DNA of 64,000 nucleotides from assembly GCA_965262715.1 (NCBI GenBank), contig OZ253553.1, positions 2,624,001 through 2,688,000 of the forward strand, written 5' to 3'. Shown here piece after piece: positions 21,701 to 29,016 of the stretch (position 1 is the stretch's first letter; every line of letters begins with the position of its first letter). The DNA is from Bdellovibrionales bacterium (lineage in GTDB: Bacteria; Bdellovibrionota; Bdellovibrionia; Bdellovibrionales; JAUICD01). The translations under genes and the position numbers were made by a program. Below the pieces are notes generated by a model, which worked only from the letters and a program-made list of their open reading frames with translations, ran no database searches and was not told the DNA's origin.

Positions 21701-22342
21701 TTTTTTAGATTGACGTTCTAAGGATGATAAATGTCTTTTTAATTCATTTATGATGTCATTTAATCTTGTAAGATTTTCTTCTGTTGCTATAAGTTTTCTT
21801 TGAGATTCTTTTTTTCGAGCTTTAAATTTGGTGATCCCAGAGGCTTCTTCTATAAGTGCTCGCATTTCTTCTGGTTTGGCTGTTACCATCCTGCTGATAG
21901 CACCTTGTTCTATAAGACTAAAACCTCTAGAGCCTGCACCTGTGTCCATAAATATGTCATAAATGTCTCTTAGTCTGACAGGTTCCTGTTGGATTAGATA
22001 TTGTGACTCTCCTGAGCGGTGTAGTCTTCTTGTGATTTGAATTTCAGAGTAATTAAGGTATTTTACTGGAAAATGTTTGCCATCATTCTCTAATATAAGT
22101 GATACTTCAGCTAGTCCGCCAGGGACATATCCTTGAGAACCTTGAAAGATCACATCCTCCATAGAAGAGCCTCTAAGGCCTTTTGCAGACATTTCGCCCA
22201 TAACCCATTGAAGAGCGTCTACTATATTTGACTTTCCACAACCATTTGGTCCAACTACAGCTGTGATATTTGCATCAAAATGGATCACTGTTTTGTCTTT
22301 GAAAGACTTAAAGCCTGTAATCTCTAATCTTTTTATCCTCAA
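18707..22342 (-). CDS. smc: Chromosome segregation protein SMC
   Basis: GFKSF, GPNGCGKSN, coiled coils, hinge (GRASF), LSGGEK, LDEVDAPLD. Confidence 0.98.
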   Translation of the reverse strand: MRIKRLEITGFKSFKDKTVIHFDANITAVVGPNGCGKSNIVDALQWVMGEMSAKGLRGSSMEDVIFQGSQGYVPGGLAEVSLILENDGKHFPVKYLNYSEIQITRRLHRSGESQYLIQQEPVRLRDIYDIFMDTGAGSRGFSLIEQGAISRMVTAKPEEMRALIEEASGITKFKARKKESQRKLIATEENLTRLNDIINELKRHLSSLERQSKKANQYKRLQEKVEKQDILISSKDFLDLKEKYTSTQSLSQDISDKEMHFQNQILGAEKQREIKKLSQLECEKKIETQQQSIEDTRKIVREKETLIQGLEFHIEQSQKQEILHSDLISETQSKKEVLQKNLQELSNSHETLQKEAHRIESLYHTLNTKYENNQSQLQEDEKSLKQKQEELMKLQQKNIQLEVQIQSLQTKQEEYQIQEDEAQSLLENLITKDKEFAKVQNSVERELEGARQLQLNLTSDIEGFKTDKDHLLSSLTEQKEKTDQLKNSKNELASKLNALEDLYRNFEGFQKGVKEILIWKQQQIQDPNALEQPKESPFVPVADIIDVPTKYELALEAVLGTNLQTVLAKSMDDIFRALDFLKQNQCGRASFLHTSIDRPSFDMIKEDSVIGLLKDFVSTDEKYKPCVDTLLYKVAIVNSISLDLSQKYPDWTFVTLDGDTIFPNHIVMGGTSDDLDSGRLKLRREMKEVLEQKTTYEKQLTLEEAQLKTTEKRLNDLEKDFERTQKSHLQQEVKVVELKKDLERISKQLTDSKDFLEKQNKEVDRLFTQKLSQKEQIDSLTKELETSNYQKQDIDSEIQKLTEHISMSQKHLDALRQEVHQLRVDSVARTQEAQGKSHQKEIIQKQLDETSDRMTHLIEEEQKNTQTYTDNQEKHKKEQATLQGLLTEQQNKQETLSKIQNQYEISRSEIEEIDKQLSNLRKESNQIQSKRNDLSLTINTLELKMNTLTETIQERYLVDIQSIAIKYKNGENNDILDKGIHQKDEQQNESIKWDDIDWDETKEKLESLRAQLNKMGTVHLGAIEEYDEVNSRYMFLSQQKEDLILAKDELGKVIDKINKICSQRFKDTFEAVNMRFQKVFPTLFGGGEASLGLIDLKEKEDIGITITARPPGKRLQNVSLLSGGEKALTAVSLIFAIFLVKPSPYCILDEVDAPLDDANVSRFNDLVREMSKYSQVILVTHNKHTMEVCEKLYGITMEEKGISKMVSVDML

Positions 22343-22611
22343 GTGTAAATCTCCCTTTAAGAGTTTTTTCCTTTTTTATCATACATAAGGTATAAATAAC
22401 TAAAAAATAAATTTAAAGATTGTAATTTTAGCGTAAATAAGGTTAAACTAAGATTAGTATTTCATGCTAGATATTTTTTTTTAATGAGATGAATAAAAAG
22501 TATGTCATTCACTACTTACTTAATCATTAAACAAAAAAGATATAAAAAGGGCTAGCTTTTATTAATTAATAAAATGAGTAAAAATTATTAAAATTTTTTA
22601 AGGAGGAACGT

Positions 22612-22794
22612 ATGCGTTATTTTTATTTTTTATTTGCATTTGTTATATCAGCAGTCATAGGCAATTACTCAGCATTTGGCTGTGGCGGTGATGACAATAA
22701 TAATGGGGGTTCTGGTGACTATATGGACAACTCATCAATTATTGTTAGTTGCGGCGGTGATGATAGTAATAACAATGGGGGTTCTAATAACTAA
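22612..22794 (+). CDS. Small secreted or lipidated peptide with a duplicated CGGDD(S)NNNGGS motif
   Basis: Strong RBS AAGGAGG, signal peptide, downstream terminator. Confidence 0.7.
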   Translation: MRYFYFLFAFVISAVIGNYSAFGCGGDDNNNGGSGDYMDNSSIIVSCGGDDSNNNGGSNN

Positions 22795-22830
22795 GCTCAT
22801 ATAAATATTTGCTTAGTTATTTTAAAAAGC

Positions 22831-22866
22831 AAAGGCTCTTAAGGTTTTAAGAGCCTTTTGTTTTTC
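22831..22866 (+). terminator. Intrinsic terminator
   Basis: AAAGGCTCTTAA-GGTT-TTAAGAGCCTTTT plus T tract. Confidence 0.85.
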
Positions 22867-23153
22867 GTTATTTAGCTTTGTTATCTGAATAGCAGAGTGG
22901 TTTTATAGAATAGTGCGTCACCTCATGACAATTTTTGATGCCTTCATTTTGTCATATTGAGCATAATATATGTATGAATCATATATTATGCTTGAGGAGT
23001 TCTAATTTTTTGGATAAAAATCCAAAAATTGGCATGAAAAATAAAGTGTTTCAGTATTATTCAAAAAATGATACATTAAATATTCTCTCCTAGGATTTAC
23101 GCATCAAATTGAATCAGTCAAATCAAATTTAAACTATAAATTATGAGGTCCTT

Positions 23154-23717
23154 ATGGCTCTAGCCTTATGGCATTTTGAGGTATTTAGATACCATCTTTT
23201 ACTTGCTTTTGTTTTCTTTTTATTATGCATGCATTACACCAACTTTGCTTATGCTAGTTATCAGCAGGTAAGTCTTCCAGGTGATAATTATATTTCACCA
23301 TTACAACTACAGAATGAACAGGGAGTTCAAGATACAGCTTGTAAGTATTCTCCAGATTTATTGGATATGGAAATTAGTAAAGTCAATCTTTCTACTCAAC
23401 AGGAAGATATTTTCCAGTTTTACGTAGAAATGAGTGATCTTCAGGTAGAACCTAGTCATCTTAGTTATACATGGGTGATAGAGTTTCCTTCTGGTGCTAT
23501 AGTAAGGCAGCAGCCTGTTTTAGATGAAAATGAAGATAATAGATTGTTGTTGAAACTTGATCAATGGGGCACTTATAGTATAACACTTATTCTAGAAGAT
23601 TCTTTTCAAAACTGCAATTACAGAGTTTATATTTTTCAATATCCTGCAGTAGATCATGATAATGCTGAGTTTATTCCTAGTATACATGCTGAATTTGGGG
23701 ATACGTGGATGTTTTAA
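23154..23717 (+). CDS. Secreted protein with a PKD/Ig-like domain
   Basis: LSYTW..P.G and GTYSITLILED motifs. Confidence 0.6.
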   Translation: MALALWHFEVFRYHLLLAFVFFLLCMHYTNFAYASYQQVSLPGDNYISPLQLQNEQGVQDTACKYSPDLLDMEISKVNLSTQQEDIFQFYVEMSDLQVEPSHLSYTWVIEFPSGAIVRQQPVLDENEDNRLLLKLDQWGTYSITLILEDSFQNCNYRVYIFQYPAVDHDNAEFIPSIHAEFGDTWMF

Positions 23718-23839
23718 TAGATTTTCAAATGAGGTATATACTGTTTTTTTATGAAAAGCTTCCATAAAAACCTTGATGTGCGCTACATTTATGTTCTAGC
23801 ATTTTTATAAGTGTTATCTAATTGTGAGCAAGATGTGGG

Positions 23840-25195
23840 GTGCTTATGTTTAAAAGAGAGAAGTGGAGCAGTCAATTAGGATTTATTTTAGCCACAACAG
23901 GTTCTGCTGTTGGGCTGGGTAATATTTGGAAATTTCCTTATATCGCGGGTGAAAATGGCGGGGGCGCATTTGTCCTTGTTTATTTAGGCTGTATCTTGCT
24001 TATTGGTATTCCTATTTTTATGTCAGAGTTATTTATAGGCCAGAAAGGGCAATCAAATGTCGTTGATTCTTTTGAGAAGTTAGATAAAAAGGACAGCCCA
24101 TGGCAAGCATGTGGATGGTTATTGTTTGTATCACCTATATTGGTTTTATCTTTCTATAGTGTCGTTGGTGGGTGGTGTTTAGATTTCGCATTTAACTCAG
24201 TGATGAACAGATTTTCCGGTATGTCCCAGGATCAAGCTTTAGGTGTATTGGGCGGTCTTTTTGAAAATTCGACAAGGCAAATCTTATGGCATGGTATTTT
24301 TATGAGTATTTGTATATTTATTGTTTATAATGGAGTTCAAAAAGGATTAGAGCGTTGGAATAAAATATTGATCCCTTTATTAATATTGATTTTGGGAGGT
24401 CTTTTTATCAAATCATTTTTCCTTGAAGGGTTTGGTGAAGCTTTAAAATTTTTATTTGTACCTGACTTTACACAGATTTCAGTTGAGGGTGTATTAGTTG
24501 CTATAGGGCATTCTTTTTTCACTTTAAGTATTGCGCTTGGAACTCTTCTTACTTATGGCAGCTACTTATCTACTAAGCAAAAGCTACCTAAATTAGCAAT
24601 AACTGTTGCAGTTTTAGATACATTGGTAGCTTTAGTTGCTGGTGTTGTTATATTTTCTGTGGTTTTCTCTTTTGGTCTAGAACCAGGAGCAGGACCTACT
24701 CTGGTTTTTGAGACTTTGCCTTCTTTATTTGTACAAATGACTGGAGGAGCTTTATTATCTGTTGCTTTTTTTGTGCTTATATCTTTAGCAGCTATCACTT
24801 CTGCTGTTTCTATATTTGAAGTACCTGTTGTCTTGGTGAGCGAAAAGTTTTGCATCAAACGTGGAACGTCTACCTTTATGTTAGGTGGAGTTGTTTTCTT
24901 GCTTGGTATCTTATGCGCTTTATCTTTCAATCATTTAGCCGATTTTAAAATAATAGGTTATAATATTTTTGATCTTTTTGATAAAGCGACCACTAATTGG
25001 TTGATGCCAATTGCTGGAATACTTATAGCCTTATTTGCAGGGTGGAAGCTAAAACCGTCTGTTATCAATGAGCTTTTAAAGCAACTTCCAGGTGATTATA
25101 TCAGATGGATATTTTTATGGACAATTCGTATTGTTGCTCCTATAGCTATATTGCTTGTCATGCTCAATACCATTATAAAGTTTATCAGCAGTTGA
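23840..25195 (+). CDS. Sodium-dependent transporter (NSS/SNF family)
   Basis: REKWSS..GSAVGLGNIWKFPY..GENGGGAF. Confidence 0.95.
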   Translation: MLMFKREKWSSQLGFILATTGSAVGLGNIWKFPYIAGENGGGAFVLVYLGCILLIGIPIFMSELFIGQKGQSNVVDSFEKLDKKDSPWQACGWLLFVSPILVLSFYSVVGGWCLDFAFNSVMNRFSGMSQDQALGVLGGLFENSTRQILWHGIFMSICIFIVYNGVQKGLERWNKILIPLLILILGGLFIKSFFLEGFGEALKFLFVPDFTQISVEGVLVAIGHSFFTLSIALGTLLTYGSYLSTKQKLPKLAITVAVLDTLVALVAGVVIFSVVFSFGLEPGAGPTLVFETLPSLFVQMTGGALLSVAFFVLISLAAITSAVSIFEVPVVLVSEKFCIKRGTSTFMLGGVVFLLGILCALSFNHLADFKIIGYNIFDLFDKATTNWLMPIAGILIALFAGWKLKPSVINELLKQLPGDYIRWIFLWTIRIVAPIAILLVMLNTIIKFISS

Positions 25196-25204
25196 TAAGT
25201 AAGG

Positions 25205-25690
25205 TTAGACTGAGACAACTAGCGTTTTATGCACACAATCAATAATGTGTTTCATGTCTTTTCTTAGCCAAATATCATCAACAACTTTTCCAATCAGTCC
25301 ATAACCGACAGTGTATTCTATATGGTTCATCATTAATGTATTTTGATCACCATGGTCTTGAAGTTGACATTCATGCCTCCAGTTTTGAAAAACAAAAGAA
25401 GTCTCGCATTCTACAAAGCATTCATTTTTTTTAAAGGCCTCAATCTTAGTCGTCCAACTGCGAGAAAAGCCAAATCGCTTTATTTGAAATTCATATTCTA
25501 CTCCTACTTTCATTTTTTGAGCAGTGGTGACTAGGGAGAGTGAAATATCATTAGGGAGTAATGTGATATATTTGTTCATATCCGTAATATAATTGAAAAT
25601 TAGCGCTCTTTTTTGTGGAATTATTGAGGAAAACTGTATATATGCCATAACTAACCTCTTCATTTTTAAAATAACATTTTTAGCTGTCAA
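25205..25690 (-). CDS. SRPBCC family protein
   Basis: W.TKIEAF..NECFVE....F..WRHE.......TLMMNHIEY pattern. Confidence 0.75.
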   Translation of the reverse strand: MTAKNVILKMKRLVMAYIQFSSIIPQKRALIFNYITDMNKYITLLPNDISLSLVTTAQKMKVGVEYEFQIKRFGFSRSWTTKIEAFKKNECFVECETSFVFQNWRHECQLQDHGDQNTLMMNHIEYTVGYGLIGKVVDDIWLRKDMKHIIDCVHKTLVVSV

Positions 25691-25858
25691 AAAGGATGAC
25701 TTTTTTAATATTTCGGAGAAAGTCTTTTTTATCTTGTAGATTTTTCAAAATATTCTTACCTTTAATCTATTAGCTTGTTTTTGATCTATAGCCAATCTAT
25801 AGCAAGTTTGATACAATAATAAAACCATGACTATGAATAGATGTCTCATAGTTTATGA

Positions 25859-25935
<77 letters not shown>

Positions 25936-25939
25936 TTTC

Positions 25940-26080
25940 CCTAAAAATAAACCTGCCTCTGGCAGTTTTTGGGCAGTCAGCCTGAAGATTTACATCTTCA
26001 AGAAAATGCTGACTGCCTCAAAAATCCGTTTATTTTTAGGAAGGAGACTCCCTTCGTTTTTTAACATAATGTTAAGGGAA
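25940..26080. repeat. Dispersed hairpin repeat family, copy B
   Basis: Nested inverted repeats CCTAAAAATAAAC/GTTTATTTTTAGG, GGCAGTCAGC/GCTGACTGCC, TGAAGAT/ATCTTCA. Confidence 0.85.
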
Positions 26081-26160
26081 TTGTATTTTGCTGATTTCTA
26101 TAAAATGAACTTGTTTATCTTATTACCACTATATTGCATAAAAGTTTTAAAGACTATGTT

Positions 26161-26224
26161 GGCCTGTCACGCCGGAGGCCCGCCTCGAGAGGCCACGGGA
26201 CTCGAGCCGAAGTCCACTCCGCCA
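26161..26224 (+). pseudogene. Degenerate copy of the tRNA-Asp 3' half (att-like scar) with a 14-bp insertion
   Basis: GGCCTGTCACGCCGGAGGCC identical to the tRNA, then CGCCTCGAGAGGCC inserted, then a decayed T-arm and GTCCACTCCGCCA. Confidence 0.85.
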
Positions 26225-26278
26225 TACACAGAAACTCAAAGCTTTTGATGTTTTAGTATAACATATTAAAATTGTTGC

Positions 26279-26515
26279 AGTTTATGATTATGTCAAAAGC
26301 TCGTAGTCCTCGGATAATTGCTTTTGCAATTATCTTGCGGAAGAACTCGCCCATTTGGCATAATCATTACACCTTTTTCTTTATGATGAACAGAATTAGG
26401 CTTGTCAATTTAGGTAAATACTTTACAGATATAGGGATTTATCCGGTAATCATATCAGCGACTAGTGTCAATCGCTCCTTTAGTGATTGTCCCTTTTGGG
26501 ACTGGTCGCTCCTTA
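26279..26515 (+). ncRNA. Candidate structured ncRNA next to the retron RT 3' end
   Basis: Multiple stems whose non-Watson-Crick pairs are G-U on the + strand; upstream TTGATG-16-TAAAAT. Confidence 0.55.
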
Positions 26516-26521
26516 AAATGG

Positions 26522-28294
26522 TTAGTTGATATCATGAAATAATTCGCGATATTGTTCTTTATCTTTGTATTTATTATGTAAACGATCCCAAAGTTCTTTT
26601 TCTATATTTTTTATAAAACATAAATGCCCTTGGATATGAAATTTTTTCTTATTTTCTCCTTCCTCATAATTCCTTAATAATTTTTTTATATAGTTCTTCT
26701 TATTTCTTCCTATAGATATTTTACCTTCAGGGGTAAGATACAAACCTGTTATTTTTCTTTGACCTTTTTTTGACATGTGGACTGTTTTCTTATTGTTAAT
26801 TTGTAAATCAGATGGGTAAGGTATCTCTTTTATAACTTTTTGTACCTCACTTTCCATAATGGACAGTTTATTAGGTTGATCATGAGAAAAAGCAAGATCA
26901 TCAGCATATCTTGTATAGGTTATACCCAAAGAATGACTATATTCTGATATTTTTTCATCAAAAGAATAGAGCAGAATGTTTGATATAATTGGAGAAGTAC
27001 TAGCTCCTATAGGCAATGAAAAATCTTCATTCGTTATTGAGTCATCTTTAAAAGCTATATCACAAATGAATTCAATATATGTATTAAGCTTTTGACATTT
27101 AAGGTTTATATTTTTTAAATATGCAAAAAAATCTTTTCTTTTTATAGAGTTAAAGAAAGATTTAAAATCCAATTTAAGAATGAATTGATTCTTATAATGT
27201 TTTTCTACATTTTTTCTTATATTACTTCCTTTTACATAAGCCATAGCGGACTCATGTATGGGAAATATGTCTTTGTTATCCAGTATTCTCGTTTTTAAGA
27301 CTTTTTGTAATACATCTAATTGTGGTTGTGGCTTTTTATAACATTCAGAGGGATACTTCTTAGAATAAGAATATGAAAAATAGTCTTCATCTGCAAAAAT
27401 TTTCATGTATTTTAATAAAACTAGGTTACTCATTGTTTTGTCAGCGTCAGCAACCTGCTTAAAAATATCTCTATTATGAAATTCGTTTCTTGAAGCTGAA
27501 GGAGAGATTGCAGATAGAGAACAGTCTGCTCTTATCAAACTTAAGAATTTTATTTTATTAAAATCTGGTTCTTCAATTATCAAACCTAAAGATTTTAGTA
27601 TTTTTAAGTGATTACCTAATTTTTCTGTATATCTTTTAAGTTCATTATTTTTATTCAGTTCTTCAATTATTTGTTCTTCAGTCTTCCATGTACAAAGAAT
27701 TTCCAAAAGAGAAAAATATAAACTTGTGGGATTATTTTCTTGCGTCTCTATTCTATAGTCCTTGTCTCTAAAAGAAAAAATCTCTTGAAATATCTTTTCA
27801 TTGTGATTTGTTTTTTCAATATCATAATATATAATCCTGCCCTCAGAAAGACAAGGATCTTTAATAATGGCTCTTTGTATAAATGAGTCTTTATTAAAGT
27901 GTTTCTCATTTAAAATAATCAATAATTTTTTTTTAAGGCTTGGTTCACAAAGGAAGGCTCCAGCTTCAATCATAGCACCACATCCTTCTAAAAAAATAGG
28001 GATAACTGAAGCTAATCTTGCTATATCCATTTCAAAGTCTAATAGGTTATTATAACCACTATTGGTCTCTGTTAAACATGTCTCCCACAAATGTTGTACC
28101 TTTTCTGCGATAATAATTCGTTCATCAGAAAAAATATTTTTAGTTGCTTTCCCACTAACAAAAATATGATTATATTGGTACTCAACATAATCAAGAAACT
28201 TAGACCTCATAGAGTCTTTCTTATTAGCTCCACACAAAAAGGCCATATTGGGAAGTCTGCCTAAGATATATTTTTTTTGGTCCATGACATCCAT
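26522..28294 (-). CDS. Retron effector (NDT-like plus wHTH, Ec86/St85 type) fused to a retron reverse transcriptase
   Basis: N-terminus: FLCGA, NLLDFE..IA, IFLEGCGAMIEAGAF, SFI. C-terminus: AMAY..G.NI.KNVEKH (region X), LKLDFKSFF, LPIGASTSP..SN, YTRYADDL, KITGL (region Y). Confidence 0.9.
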   Translation of the reverse strand: MDVMDQKKYILGRLPNMAFLCGANKKDSMRSKFLDYVEYQYNHIFVSGKATKNIFSDERIIIAEKVQHLWETCLTETNSGYNNLLDFEMDIARLASVIPIFLEGCGAMIEAGAFLCEPSLKKKLLIILNEKHFNKDSFIQRAIIKDPCLSEGRIIYYDIEKTNHNEKIFQEIFSFRDKDYRIETQENNPTSLYFSLLEILCTWKTEEQIIEELNKNNELKRYTEKLGNHLKILKSLGLIIEEPDFNKIKFLSLIRADCSLSAISPSASRNEFHNRDIFKQVADADKTMSNLVLLKYMKIFADEDYFSYSYSKKYPSECYKKPQPQLDVLQKVLKTRILDNKDIFPIHESAMAYVKGSNIRKNVEKHYKNQFILKLDFKSFFNSIKRKDFFAYLKNINLKCQKLNTYIEFICDIAFKDDSITNEDFSLPIGASTSPIISNILLYSFDEKISEYSHSLGITYTRYADDLAFSHDQPNKLSIMESEVQKVIKEIPYPSDLQINNKKTVHMSKKGQRKITGLYLTPEGKISIGRNKKNYIKKLLRNYEEGENKKKFHIQGHLCFIKNIEKELWDRLHNKYKDKEQYRELFHDIN

Positions 28295-28877
28295 AGATTG
28301 ATTTTTTATTAATATTAAATATAAATCCCCTTCTTAATAAAGAAGGGGAAATATATGTAAACATAGCTGTATTTTAAAACTGTTTGCAGATATATTCTAC
28401 CAACATAGTAAAGGATATTATCATTATATAATGGTAGTCAAATAAATTATTTCCCTCTATTTTATATAAGTGTTGCTGCCTCCGTTACAGAGACTAACAG
28501 TATATATGATACTATTTAGTGAATGGTTTCTTATCCAATAAAAACCTTTTAGAGGACTTATCTTGTTTGTTTCTATTATTTCCTGAAATATTGTTTTCCA
28601 GATTTTTAAGTAAAAATAAATGGTCGCTGGCTTATTAAAGTTATTTTCATATTTTTAAAACAATCTCAAAATAAGATCAAGGATGTCACATTTGCGTCGA
28701 TCAAATGTCATTTACACTGATTTTGTCTAGCAAAGGAGTTATGAGGGGTTTGGCCGCATAAATTTGATTAAATTCTCAGGCTTTTCTATAATTAAATAGT
28801 AATTTAGAGTTTATAAATATTGATAGGTAGTTTACAAATAAAGACATAAGGGGAATAAGAAAACACTTATTTATAGA

Positions 28878-28979
28878 CAAATAGGATAGTTAAACATGAT
28901 AAAAGATCATATTGCCAGCTCACCTGATATAGAGGAGGATGATTTTAGAAGAACTCCATTTGATGAAAAAATAACTTAA
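28878..28979 (+). pseudogene. C-terminal remnant of a type I restriction subunit HsdR (EcoEI_R_C-like)
   Basis: QIG*LNMIKDHIASSPDIEEDDFRRTPFDEK resembles Q..WL.MIKDHIASS..I..DDF...PF...G, with W replaced by TAG. Confidence 0.6.
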
Positions 28980-29016
28980 GAGAATTATAAATAAAAGTAA
29001 ATGAAGAGTTGTTTAT

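Noticed and set aside
26272..26529. 85-aa ORF as a retron accessory protein
   Set aside because: No RBS or recognisable motif, and it coincides with the structured RNA candidate; not fully excluded.
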